Assembly (NCBI GenBank): GCA_041747535.1
Contig: JBGTEZ010000239.1
Coordinates: 1 to 48,813, forward strand
Direction: 5' to 3'
Source of the DNA: Gemmatimonadaceae bacterium
Lineage (GTDB): Bacteria > Gemmatimonadota > Gemmatimonadetes > Gemmatimonadales > Gemmatimonadaceae
Length of the DNA stretch: 48,813 nucleotides
Shown one piece after another: positions 31,826 through 41,257 of the stretch (position 1 is its first letter; each line of letters starts with the position of its first letter). The notes under the pieces were generated by a model. The model saw nothing but the letters and a program-made list of their open reading frames with translations. It was not told the DNA's origin and searched no databases. Position numbers and translations under genes: made by a program.

Positions 31826-32866
31826 TTGGCGCGAATCGCGTTGGACGCTATGGGAGGGGATTTCGCTCCCAAAGCGACAATCGCGGGAGGTTTACTAGCC
31901 CTCCAGGAACTCGATGCCGGGCACCGGCTTCAGCTCGTCGGCCAGACCGCCGTCATCGAGTCGCATCTCGCGAGCCTGCTCTCGGGCGAACATTCTGAGG
32001 CGTCTTCTCATCGGGGTCGCATCGAGATCGTCGAAGCCCCCGACATCATCGAGATGTCGGCCAAGCCTATATCGGCATTGCGCAAGAATCCGAACAGCTC
32101 GATGGTCGTTGGGCTCAAGCTTCAGGTAGAGGGAAAGTCCGACGCCTTCGTATCCGCCGGCTCGACCGGCGCCCAGATGGTCGCGTCAGCGATGTTGCTG
32201 AAGCTGCAGCCGGGTCTGACGCGACCGGCGATCGCAACCGTATTTCCAACGATCCGCAATCCAGTCATCGTTCTCGATTCCGGAGCGAACGTGGACTGCT
32301 CCACCAAGGAGCTCCTCCAGTTCGCGTGGCTTGGCGCGGTTTACGCGGAATGCATTTTCGGTAGACCGAACCCGTCGATTGGACTGCTGTCGATCGGGGA
32401 AGAGCCCGAGAAGGGAAACGCGGTGGTCAAGGAGGCGAACGCACTGTTCCAGAAGGCGGGCTTCAACTTTCACGGGAACGTCGAAGGGCGCGATCTCCCC
32501 GCGGGCGCGAGTGATCGCGGGTCGTTCGACGTCGTCATCTGCGATGGGTTCGTCGGCAACGTCGTCCTCAAGTTCTACGAGGCGATTTCCCCGATGGTTC
32601 TTCGCCTTCTCGACGAGCACCCGTCGATCAATCCCGAGGACGTGCGCGCCGCGCTCAAGGTTCTCGATTCCAGCGAGTACGGCGGCGCCCCGCTGCTCGG
32701 CGTACGCGGCGTCAGTATCATCTGCCACGGAAATTCTTCCCCGCGCGCGATCAAGAACGCGATCAAGGTGGCGGTGCGGGCGGTGGAGACCGGCATGAAC
32801 GATCAGATCGGCATCCGGCTCGAGGAGGCGGCGCCGACGATCGAAGCCGCCGCGAAGAGCGCATGA
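31826..32866 (+). CDS. plsX: Phosphate acyltransferase
   Basis: IALDAMGGDFAP, SAGSTGA, GANVD, GEEPEKG, DGFVGN and GGAPLLG. Confidence 0.95.
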   Translation: MARIALDAMGGDFAPKATIAGGLLALQELDAGHRLQLVGQTAVIESHLASLLSGEHSEASSHRGRIEIVEAPDIIEMSAKPISALRKNPNSSMVVGLKLQVEGKSDAFVSAGSTGAQMVASAMLLKLQPGLTRPAIATVFPTIRNPVIVLDSGANVDCSTKELLQFAWLGAVYAECIFGRPNPSIGLLSIGEEPEKGNAVVKEANALFQKAGFNFHGNVEGRDLPAGASDRGSFDVVICDGFVGNVVLKFYEAISPMVLRLLDEHPSINPEDVRAALKVLDSSEYGGAPLLGVRGVSIICHGNSSPRAIKNAIKVAVRAVETGMNDQIGIRLEEAAPTIEAAAKSA

Positions 32867-33852
32867 AGCGACCTTACGCCGCCATCGCCGGCACCGGCCG
32901 TGGACTGCCGGCCCACGTGATGACGAATCACGACTTCGCCGCGATCGGGATCGAGACGTCACACGAATGGATTCACGAGCGAAGCGGAATCGTCCAGCGG
33001 CATATCGCCAAGAACGGCGAGACGACCTGTTCGATGTCGTCCGACGCTTCACGGAAGGCAATGGCCGCCGCCGGGGTTCATCCCGGCGAGATCGACGTCA
33101 TCATCCTCGGCACCGCCACTCCCGACCGTTTGCTCCCGGCTACCGCGGTGGACATTCAGGCCGAGCTGGGCGCCACTCGCGCCGCTGCCTTCGATGTGAG
33201 CGCCGCGTGCTCCGGATGGCTCTACGCCATGACGACCGCTGAAGGACTGATCATGTCGGGCATGGCCGAGACGGCGCTGGTGATCGGAGCGGAAAAGATG
33301 AGCGCGATCGTCGACTGGAAGGATCGGTCGACGTGCGTGCTGTTCGGGGATGGAGCGGGCGCCGTAGTTCTCAAGAAGAGCAGGCACGGGAAGGGAATTC
33401 TGTCCGCCTACATGCGGAGCGACGGGAAGCTCGCCGACCTCCTGTACCGGCCGAACGGGGGCGCTACGACGCCCATGTCCGCCGCGATCCTCGAGGATCG
33501 CTCGCACCTGGTCCGCATGGCGGGGCGTGAAGTCTTCAAGCACGCTGTCCGCTCGATGGCGGACGCGGCAGATCGCGCCCTTGATGGTGCGCGACTCACG
33601 GGCACCGACATCGACCTTCTCATTCCGCACCAGGCGAACGTCCGAATCATCGAGGCGACCGCCAAGCACGCCGGGATCTCGATGGACAAGGTCTACGTCA
33701 ACGTTGACCGGTACGGCAATACATCGTCGGCGTCCATCCCGATTGCTCTCGACGAAGCGATTGAGACCGGCAGGGTGAAGGAGGGATCGACGGTGATGAT
33801 GGTCGCCTTCGGCGCCGGATTTACCTGGGCGTCGATGATCATTCGCTTCTGA
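32863..33852 (+). CDS. fabH: 3-oxoacyl-ACP synthase III
   Basis: Catalytic triad motifs AACSG, HQAN and GNTSSAS; also FGDGAGA. Confidence 0.95.
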   Translation: MKRPYAAIAGTGRGLPAHVMTNHDFAAIGIETSHEWIHERSGIVQRHIAKNGETTCSMSSDASRKAMAAAGVHPGEIDVIILGTATPDRLLPATAVDIQAELGATRAAAFDVSAACSGWLYAMTTAEGLIMSGMAETALVIGAEKMSAIVDWKDRSTCVLFGDGAGAVVLKKSRHGKGILSAYMRSDGKLADLLYRPNGGATTPMSAAILEDRSHLVRMAGREVFKHAVRSMADAADRALDGARLTGTDIDLLIPHQANVRIIEATAKHAGISMDKVYVNVDRYGNTSSASIPIALDEAIETGRVKEGSTVMMVAFGAGFTWASMIIRF

Positions 33853-33855
33853 TCT

Positions 33856-34794
33856 GTGGATATAATCCTCCTCTTTCCCGGCCAGGGATCTCAGAAACCC
33901 GGGATGGGAAAAGATCTCGCCGAGGCATTTCCCGCCGCGCGCTCCATATTCGGCGAGGTCGATGCGGCGATCGGGAAAGAGCTCAGCAAACTCTGCTTCG
34001 AGGGGCCGGCGGAGGAGCTGACTGATACAAGCAACGCTCAGCCCGCGCTCTTCGCGCATGGAGCTGCGGTGTGGGCGGTCACCAAAGCCGCGCTGCAGGC
34101 CCACGTGAAGTGTGCGGCGGGGCACTCCCTCGGCGAGTTCACCGCCTATCACGCCGCCGACGCTCTTGGACTGACCGGCGGAGCCAAGCTGGTGAGACGC
34201 CGCGGGGAGCTGATGCTCGCCGCCGGTGAAGCGCGCCCCGGGACGATGGCAGCGATCGTCGGCCGCACAACGACGCCGATAACGGAGCTCTGTGAGCGCG
34301 CATCGCGCGAGGCGGGTCTTGTCGTTCCGGCGAACTTCAACACCGACGAGCAGACCGTCGTGTCCGGCGAAGTCGCGGGAGTCGAGCGAGTGATGGAGCT
34401 GGCAAAAGAGTCGGGCGCGAAGCGAGCCATCAAGCTCGCGGTGAGCGGCGCGTTCCATTCGCCGCTCATGGAGCCCGCGGCGGTGGGCCTGGCCGCGGCC
34501 TGTGCGAGCACGGCGTTCACCAATCCGACGTTCCCGGTTTACTCCAACGTCACCGCCGCGCCTTCCGCCGACGCCGCCGGAGCAAAAGAGCTTCTCGTAC
34601 GTCAGCTCACCTCGCCGGTGCGCTGGGCAACCCAGGTGAAATACATGGCAGAGCGATACCCAGGTGCAACTTTTGTCGAGATGGGTCCCGGCCAGGTGCT
34701 CCGCGGCATGGTCTCGCGTCTGGTGCCCGGTTCCCGGACGATCTCGTGTGGCACGGCGCAGGAAGTCGAGTCACTGCTGAAGCTGGTCGCATGA
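33856..34794 (+). CDS. fabD: Malonyl-CoA:ACP transacylase
   Basis: FPGQGSQ, GHSLGE, SGAFHS and SPVRW. Confidence 0.95.
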   Translation: MDIILLFPGQGSQKPGMGKDLAEAFPAARSIFGEVDAAIGKELSKLCFEGPAEELTDTSNAQPALFAHGAAVWAVTKAALQAHVKCAAGHSLGEFTAYHAADALGLTGGAKLVRRRGELMLAAGEARPGTMAAIVGRTTTPITELCERASREAGLVVPANFNTDEQTVVSGEVAGVERVMELAKESGAKRAIKLAVSGAFHSPLMEPAAVGLAAACASTAFTNPTFPVYSNVTAAPSADAAGAKELLVRQLTSPVRWATQVKYMAERYPGATFVEMGPGQVLRGMVSRLVPGSRTISCGTAQEVESLLKLVA

Positions 34795-35528
34795 ACATCG
34801 ACCTTTCCGGGAAGAACGCGCTCGTCACCGGCAGCACCCGCGGGATCGGCCGTGCAATCGCCGAGGCATTCGCATCATCGGGCGCGCGCGTGGCTATCGT
34901 TGGGCGTGAGCTCGAACGTGCGCGGACCGCGGCGGGTGAGATCGGCGGCGGTGCTCAGGGCTTCGCGTGCGACGTCAGCGACACGGCGCAGGTGGCGAAG
35001 CTCGTTGCCGACGTCGAAGCTGCCTTTGGCTCGATCGACATCCTGGTCAACAATGCCGGTATCACTCGCGACAATCTCGTCATGAGGCTCAAGGACGAGG
35101 ACTGGGACATGGTTCAGAACGCCAACCTGCGCGGAGCTTTTGCCTCCATCAGGGCTGTTTCACGAGGAATGATGAAGCGGCGTTCCGGCCGGATCATCAA
35201 TGTCGCAAGCATCGTCGGACTGATCGGCAACAAGGGGCAGGCCAATTACGCGGCCAGCAAGGCAGGCCTCATCGCGCTCACCAAGACCGTCGCGAAGGAG
35301 CTTGGCTCGCGCAACATCCTCGTAAACGCCGTGGCTCCCGGATTCATCGAAACCGAGATGACCGCGGCGATGACTCCCGAGGCCCGCGAAGCGCTCGGCA
35401 AACAGATTGCACTTGAAAGGCTGGGGACCCCCAGGGATGTGGCCGCAGCCGTCACTTTCCTCGCCTCCGACCTCGCTTCCTACGTCACCGGGCAGGTTTT
35501 CGTCGTCGATGGTGGGATGGTTATGTAA
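34791..35528 (+). CDS. fabG: 3-oxoacyl-ACP reductase
   Basis: TGSTRGIG, NNAGITRD, YAASK and APGFIET. Confidence 0.95.
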   Translation: MNIDLSGKNALVTGSTRGIGRAIAEAFASSGARVAIVGRELERARTAAGEIGGGAQGFACDVSDTAQVAKLVADVEAAFGSIDILVNNAGITRDNLVMRLKDEDWDMVQNANLRGAFASIRAVSRGMMKRRSGRIINVASIVGLIGNKGQANYAASKAGLIALTKTVAKELGSRNILVNAVAPGFIETEMTAAMTPEAREALGKQIALERLGTPRDVAAAVTFLASDLASYVTGQVFVVDGGMVM

Positions 35529-35552
35529 CTTTCTGTCAGATATTCGCTTAGG

Positions 35553-35582
35553 TATATTTCAACACACCCCATAAACACGAGG
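35553..35582 (+). promoter_or_regulatory. Possible internal -10 box and RBS for acpP
   Basis: TATATT (35553-35558) in an AT-rich gap and GAGG at 35579-35582; no good -35. Confidence 0.35.
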
Positions 35583-35593
35583 AAACCCAGCAA

Positions 35594-35833
35594 ATGGCCG
35601 ACAATTCGAACAAGGTCAAGGACATCATCGAGAAGGAGCTCGGCGTGGAGCGCGAGAAGCTGACGAACGAGGCGAGCTTCATCGAGGATCTCGGTGCGGA
35701 CAGCCTGGACATCGTGGAGCTGGTGATGGAGTTCGAGAAAGAATTCAATATCGACATCCCTGACGAGGATGCCGAGAAGCTCCGCACGGTAGGGGACGCG
35801 CTCGGCTATCTGAACCAGAAGGTCGGAGCGTAA
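35594..35833 (+). CDS. acpP: Acyl carrier protein
   Basis: [14 protein letters not shown] phosphopantetheine attachment motif. Confidence 0.96.
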   Translation: MADNSNKVKDIIEKELGVEREKLTNEASFIEDLGADSLDIVELVMEFEKEFNIDIPDEDAEKLRTVGDALGYLNQKVGA

Positions 35834-37080
35834 TGAAGCGAAGGGTCGTCGTCACCGGCATGGGGGCCATCACCCCCGTGGGTAACGACGTGGCGACGAC
35901 GTGGAAAGCTCTGGTCGCGGGCAAATCCGGGACGGCTCCGATCACCAAGTTCGATGCTGCGAAGTTCCCGGTGCGATTCGCCGCGGAGGTGAAGGGCTTC
36001 AACGCCCTCGACTTCATGGACCGCAAAGAGGCAAAGCGGGCGGATCATTACACGCAGTATGCGGTTGCCGGCGCGCGTCAGGCGATGACTGATGCGGGGC
36101 TCGGGAACGGCATCAACGGCATGGATCCCGACCGCATTGGCGTGATCATCGGCTCGGGCATCGGCGGGCTCAAGAGCTTCGAGGAACAGCACGACGTCTA
36201 TCGTGAGCGCGGGGTCGGTAAGATCTCGCCGTTCTTCATTCCGATGTTCATCGCCGACATCGCCGCTGGAATCGTCTCGATGCAGTTCAACGCAAAGGGG
36301 CCAAACTACGCCACCGTATCGGCTTGCGCCACCAGTGCTCATGCGATAGGTGATGCGTACCGGACGATTCAGTACGGAGACGCGGACGTCATGATTACGG
36401 GCGGTGCCGAGGCCACGGTGACTCCGATGGCAATCGGTGGATTCGCCAACATGAAAGCGCTCTCCGAGCGGAATGACAGTCCGGAAACGGCGTCACGCCC
36501 CTTCGATGCTACGCGCGATGGGTTCGTGATGGGCGAGGGTTCCGGCATCGTCATCCTCGAGGAGCTCGAGCACGCGCTCAAGCGCGGCGCGCGGATCTAT
36601 GCGGAGATCGTTGGCTACGGAGCCACGGGCGACGCCTATCACCTCACAGCCCCCGCGCCGGACGGCGAGGGAGCACAGCGCGCGATGAAGCGCGCCTTGA
36701 AGGACGCCGGTCTCACCCCCGCTGATATCCAGTACATCAACGCCCACGGCACCTCGACCCCCGCCAACGATTTCAACGAGACGCGGGCGATCAAGGCCGT
36801 GTTCGGGGACGAGGCAAAGAAGGTGAACGTCAGCTCGACCAAGTCCGCCACGGGCCACATGCTGGGCGCCGCCGGCGCGGTCGAGTTCATCATCAGCTCG
36901 CTGGTAGTCGGCAACGGCGTGATCCCGCCGACGATCAACTACCAAACTCCGGATCCGGAGCTCGATCTGAACTATACCCCGAACACCAGTGTCGACCGCG
37001 ATGTCAGCGCGGTGCTCAGCAACAGCTTCGGCTTCGGTGGACACAACACCACCCTCGCCGTCAAGCGCTTCGAAAGCTGA
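35833..37080 (+). CDS. fabF: 3-oxoacyl-ACP synthase II
   Basis: RRVVVTG, SACATS, NAHGTST, GHMLGAAG and SNSFGFGGHN. Confidence 0.96.
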   Translation: MKRRVVVTGMGAITPVGNDVATTWKALVAGKSGTAPITKFDAAKFPVRFAAEVKGFNALDFMDRKEAKRADHYTQYAVAGARQAMTDAGLGNGINGMDPDRIGVIIGSGIGGLKSFEEQHDVYRERGVGKISPFFIPMFIADIAAGIVSMQFNAKGPNYATVSACATSAHAIGDAYRTIQYGDADVMITGGAEATVTPMAIGGFANMKALSERNDSPETASRPFDATRDGFVMGEGSGIVILEELEHALKRGARIYAEIVGYGATGDAYHLTAPAPDGEGAQRAMKRALKDAGLTPADIQYINAHGTSTPANDFNETRAIKAVFGDEAKKVNVSSTKSATGHMLGAAGAVEFIISSLVVGNGVIPPTINYQTPDPELDLNYTPNTSVDRDVSAVLSNSFGFGGHNTTLAVKRFES

Positions 37081-37085
37081 ATCCG

Positions 37086-38246
37086 ATGAAGCGGGAGGTC
37101 TCAGTGGACCTCGGCCGAATCGCCGACAGCGACCTGCGCTCGATCGGCGAAAAGGTGGTTGCCGGCTCGCGGCTGTCCCAGGCTGATGCGCTCACCCTCT
37201 TCACATCGCCCGACCTGCTCGGCGTCGGCCTGCTTGCCGACTACGCCAATCGCCTCAGGCACGGGGATGTCGTCACGTTCGCTGCCAATCAGCACATCAA
37301 TCCCACCAACGTGTGCTATCTCCGGAAGACGTGCGTGTTCTGCTCGTTCGCGCGCCTCCCGAAGGAAGAAGGCGCCTACCACTACAGCCTCGACGAGGTG
37401 TTCGCCGAAGCACAGGCAGCAGACAATGGCCTGACGCGGGAGTTCCACATCGTCGGCGGCCTCGATATGAAGGCCGGCCTTCAGTATTACAGCGACGTGT
37501 TTCGCGGGCTGAAAGCCCGCCACCCGCACGTCCACATCAAGGCGCTGACGGCAGTGGAGATCGCCCACATCGCGCGGATCGACAAGATGTCTATCGAGGA
37601 CGTGCTCATCGCGCTGCGCGAGGCCGGGCTCGACACGCTTCCGGGTGGAGGTGCCGAGGTGTTCGGACGCGGAGTCAGAATGGAGATCGCGGACAAGAAA
37701 CTCGCCGCGGAAGACTGGATCGACGTTCACCGCACCGCGCACAGGCTCGGCATTCGCTCCAACTGCACGATGCTCTACGGCCACGTCGAGACGATCCAGG
37801 ATCGCGTCGACCACCTCTCGATGCTCCGCGATCTGCAGGACGAGTCAGGAGGCTTCCTCGCGTACATCCCGCTCGCTTACCATCCGGACAACAACGAGCT
37901 CGGTATCGAGCTCGGACGGCAGGGAACGGCGACCACGGGGTTCGACGATCTGCGCAATCTCGCGGTGGGGCGGCTCTTCCTCGACAACTTCGATCACGTC
38001 AAGACACACTGGATCATGGTGACGCCGTTTCTGTCGCAGACGGCGCTGGCGTTCGGCGTCAACGATCTCGAGGGCACCGTCGTTCGCGAGAAGATCTATC
38101 ACGAGGCGGGCGCTCACACCGCGCAGGGCCAGACGCTCGACGAGCTGCTGGATCTCATCAGGTCGGCGGGGAAGATACCCGCCGAGCGCGATTCGTTCTA
38201 CAGGATCCTCCGCATGTTCGATGCGGCCGAGCCGGTCGCCGCGTGA
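37086..38246 (+). CDS. mqnE: Aminofutalosine synthase (radical SAM)
   Basis: HIVGG, KALTAVEI, PGGGAE, TMLYGHVE, LDNFDHVK and GTVVREKIYHEAG; adjacent to mqnA and mqnC. Confidence 0.88.
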   Translation: MKREVSVDLGRIADSDLRSIGEKVVAGSRLSQADALTLFTSPDLLGVGLLADYANRLRHGDVVTFAANQHINPTNVCYLRKTCVFCSFARLPKEEGAYHYSLDEVFAEAQAADNGLTREFHIVGGLDMKAGLQYYSDVFRGLKARHPHVHIKALTAVEIAHIARIDKMSIEDVLIALREAGLDTLPGGGAEVFGRGVRMEIADKKLAAEDWIDVHRTAHRLGIRSNCTMLYGHVETIQDRVDHLSMLRDLQDESGGFLAYIPLAYHPDNNELGIELGRQGTATTGFDDLRNLAVGRLFLDNFDHVKTHWIMVTPFLSQTALAFGVNDLEGTVVREKIYHEAGAHTAQGQTLDELLDLIRSAGKIPAERDSFYRILRMFDAAEPVAA

Positions 38247-39073
38247 TGCGCATCGGCCGCATTCCCTACATCAACTGCTATCCGGTCTACGGCGCGCTCG
38301 ACCGCGAAGTGGTCGCGCTCGATGCTGACCTGGTGGATGGAGTGCCAACGGACCTCAACCGGCGCATGGCGGCGGGAGAGCTGGACATCAGCGTGGTGTC
38401 GGCTGTCGAGTACGCCCGCGATTCCGGGCGATACCTGCTGCTGCCCGACCTCGCGATCTCCTGCGACGGCCCGGTGCGCAGCGTGATGCTTTTCTCGAGC
38501 AGACCCGCGCCCGAGCTCGGCGGCCGCCGCGTCATCGTGAGCCGCAGCTCGATGACCAGTGTGGCGCTCCTCGAGCTGCTGTTCGACCACGTCTGGCACG
38601 TGAAGCCGCAGTTCGTGCCGGGCGACGCTGAGCTGAGCGACGTCGTACGACACGACGTCGGCGATGCCGACGCGCGGCTGGTGATTGGCGACGCCGCGCT
38701 CCTTCTCGGATCGAGTTCAACCGCCCGCTACCAGCACTCGTACGATCTGGGGCAGGTGTGGAAGGAATGGACGGGACAACCGTTCGTGTTCGCGGTTTGG
38801 GTCGCGCAACGGACCACCAACGTCAAGCAAGCTCTTATCGCCCACGCCGCGCTGATGGAATCGCGGGACTGGGGACTCGGGCACCTTCCCGAGCTGGCAC
38901 GACAGGCCAATTCCGCGACGGGCGTCGATGAAGCGGTGTGCCGGGAATATCTTTCCGGCCTCGACTACGGTCTGTCGTATCCTCACCTCGCGGGGCTGAC
39001 CGAGTTCTACCGTCGGCTCGTCGAGCGCGGACGCATCCCGAACGGGACTCTCACTTTCCTTCCCGCCGCATGA
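38246..39073 (+). CDS. mqnA: Chorismate dehydratase
   Basis: RIGRIPYINCYP, GPVRSV, SMTS, IGDAAL and DLG..W..WTGQPFVFAVW. Confidence 0.9.
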   Translation: MRIGRIPYINCYPVYGALDREVVALDADLVDGVPTDLNRRMAAGELDISVVSAVEYARDSGRYLLLPDLAISCDGPVRSVMLFSSRPAPELGGRRVIVSRSSMTSVALLELLFDHVWHVKPQFVPGDAELSDVVRHDVGDADARLVIGDAALLLGSSSTARYQHSYDLGQVWKEWTGQPFVFAVWVAQRTTNVKQALIAHAALMESRDWGLGHLPELARQANSATGVDEAVCREYLSGLDYGLSYPHLAGLTEFYRRLVERGRIPNGTLTFLPAA

Positions 39074-40122
39074 GCGAAACGCGCGACCTGCTCGACTTCT
39101 ACACCAACGCTCCGCTGCTCGAGCTCGGCGTCGAGGCGGACCGTGCCCGGCAGCGGCTGCATCCGGGCAACACGGTCACGTACATCATCGATCGGAACAT
39201 CAACTACACCAACGTGTGTGTGGCCGACTGCGGCTTCTGCGCGTTTGCGCGGCGCCCGAAGCACGGCGAAGGCTATACGCTGTCATTCGAGCAGATTGGC
39301 GCGAAGATAGATGAGGCAAAGTCTCTGGGCGGCGTGCAGATACTGATTCAGGGCGGACACAATCCGTACATACCGTTCGAGTGGTACCTCGACCTCATGC
39401 GGTACATCAAGCGCCACCATCCCATTCACATCCACGGGTTCAGCCCGAGTGAAGTGGACTTCTTCGCGAAGCTGTTTCGCATGGACGCTCTCGAGGTCAT
39501 CAGAGAGCTGCGCAAGGCGGGACTCGATTCGATCCCGGGCGGCGGCGGCGAGATTCTGGTGCAGCGGGTACGCGACATCGTCGCACCCAAGAAAGCTGGC
39601 GCGGACCGTTGGCTCGAGATCATGGAGCTCGCGCACAACGAGGGGATGAAGACGTCGGTGACCATGATGTACGGGCTGGGAGAGACTCTCGCGGAGCGGC
39701 TGGAGCATCTGCAACGCGTGAAGGAAGTGCAGGCGAGAACCGGCGGCTTCACCGCTTTCATCTGCTGGCCGCTTCAGCCCGAGAACACTCCGACGATGTC
39801 GCACCAGCCGAAAACCGGAGCGACTGAATACCTGCGCACCGTCGCCTTCGCGCGGGTCGTTCTCGACAACGTCCCGAACATTCAGTCCAGCTGGGTGACG
39901 ATGGGCATGAAGATCGGCCAGATCGCGCTGCGCTTCGGTTGCAACGACTTCGGATCGCTGATGATCGAGGAAAACGTGGTATCGGCCGCCAACACCACGA
40001 ACCGCACAACGACCGAGGAGATGGAACGGCTTATCCGCGACGCCGGGTTCACGCCGGCGCGCCGGCGACAGGACTACTCTCTGCTCGTGCCCGATGTGGC
40101 AGCGCGAGCAGATGCCGCGTGA
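39070..40122 (+). CDS. mqnC: Cyclic dehypoxanthine futalosine synthase (radical SAM)
   Basis: DRNINYTNVCVADCGFCAF, QGG, PGGGGEIL, QSSWVT and DFGSLMIEENVV. Confidence 0.92.
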   Translation: MSETRDLLDFYTNAPLLELGVEADRARQRLHPGNTVTYIIDRNINYTNVCVADCGFCAFARRPKHGEGYTLSFEQIGAKIDEAKSLGGVQILIQGGHNPYIPFEWYLDLMRYIKRHHPIHIHGFSPSEVDFFAKLFRMDALEVIRELRKAGLDSIPGGGGEILVQRVRDIVAPKKAGADRWLEIMELAHNEGMKTSVTMMYGLGETLAERLEHLQRVKEVQARTGGFTAFICWPLQPENTPTMSHQPKTGATEYLRTVAFARVVLDNVPNIQSSWVTMGMKIGQIALRFGCNDFGSLMIEENVVSAANTTNRTTTEEMERLIRDAGFTPARRRQDYSLLVPDVAARADAA

Positions 40123-40132
40123 AACCACGGGA

Positions 40133-40642
40133 ATGCCTTCAGGCGAAAAGCCGGGCGGAGACTACCGGGTTGGGGTAGGGTACGACTCTCACCGGTTTGC
40201 TCCCGGCCGCCCCCTCGTGCTTGGCGGCGTTCGAATAAAATCGGATGTAGGCCTGCTCGGCCACTCTGATGCGGATGCAGTGTGTCACGCCATCACGGAC
40301 GCCATCCTCGGCGCCGCTGGCCTCGGCGACATCGGAGAGATGTTTCCCGACACCGATCCGGCCAACAAGGACCGCGATTCCATCGAGATGCTCCGGGCCG
40401 CTGTCGGCAGAATCTCCGGCGCGGGCTATACCGTACGGAATGTCGACGTGAGCGTCATCGCTGAATCCCCGCGACTGAGTCCCGAGCGGGAGCGGATCAG
40501 GAGCCGCCTCGCCGCCGCGCTTGGTGTCGATTCGTCCGCCGTGAGCGTCAAGGGTAAGAGCAACGAAGGGATGGGCTGGATCGGCCGCGGCGAGGGACTC
40601 GCCTGCATTGCGGTTGCAACACTGGTAGGGAAAGGGAAATAG
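40133..40642 (+). CDS. ispF: 2-C-methyl-D-erythritol 2,4-cyclodiphosphate synthase (alternative start 40112)
   Basis: RVGVGYDSH, GHSDAD, DIG..FPD and VKGKSNEGMG..GRGEG. Confidence 0.93.
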   Translation: MPSGEKPGGDYRVGVGYDSHRFAPGRPLVLGGVRIKSDVGLLGHSDADAVCHAITDAILGAAGLGDIGEMFPDTDPANKDRDSIEMLRAAVGRISGAGYTVRNVDVSVIAESPRLSPERERIRSRLAAALGVDSSAVSVKGKSNEGMGWIGRGEGLACIAVATLVGKGK

Positions 40643-41257
40643 ATGCTCGAGACCATCACCACCTGGCTGGGCAATCTTCCGATCGGGACGCTGTACGTCG
40701 CAATCGCGGGCCTCTCGGCTTTCGAAAACTTCTTTCCGCCGTTTCCGTCGGATGGGGTGATCGCTTTTGGGAGCTTCCTCGCGTCGAGGGCGCAAGGCTC
40801 GCCGGTGTGGGTTTTTCTGCTCGGATGGTTCGGCAACGTCGCCGGGGCGATGGTCACCTATACGATCGCGCGCCGCTTCGGATCCGACATGATCCTCAAG
40901 CGCCTCGAGAAGTACGCCGGCCCGACGGCCGAAGTCCGGATGACACGGCTGGTAGTGCGGTACGGGTTCGGAGGATTGTTCGTCAGCCGCTTTCTCCCCG
41001 GCGTGCGCGCGATCGTCCCCCCCTTCGCCGGAGCGATGCGGCTGCCCGCATGGAAGGTTTTTCTGGCGGTAGCCAGCGCATCGGCGGTGTGGTTCGGAAT
41101 AATCACGTTCCTCGCCTTCCGGGCCGGGGACAACTGGGAGCTCCTGCAGCATTACCTGCTTCGCTCCGGCCAGTGGGCGGGAGTGATCTCGGGGGCTTTG
41201 GTCGCCCTCATTGCAGGCATCTGGCTCCTCCGCCGCCGGGGAAAGGCAGATGCGTGA
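40643..41257 (+). CDS. dedA: DedA family membrane protein
   Basis: ENFFPPFPSD and SRFLPGVR...PFAG; multiple TM segments. Confidence 0.88.
   Translation: MLETITTWLGNLPIGTLYVAIAGLSAFENFFPPFPSDGVIAFGSFLASRAQGSPVWVFLLGWFGNVAGAMVTYTIARRFGSDMILKRLEKYAGPTAEVRMTRLVVRYGFGGLFVSRFLPGVRAIVPPFAGAMRLPAWKVFLAVASASAVWFGIITFLAFRAGDNWELLQHYLLRSGQWAGVISGALVALIAGIWLLRRRGKADA

Noticed and set aside
37313-39073. Apparent long or fused ORFs in the track (37313..39073, 10359..11750, 12314..13618, 24051..25829, 40807..42174, 47059..48282)
   Set aside because: The N-terminal parts are out-of-frame read-through of the upstream gene. The true starts are internal codons at or just after the upstream stop.
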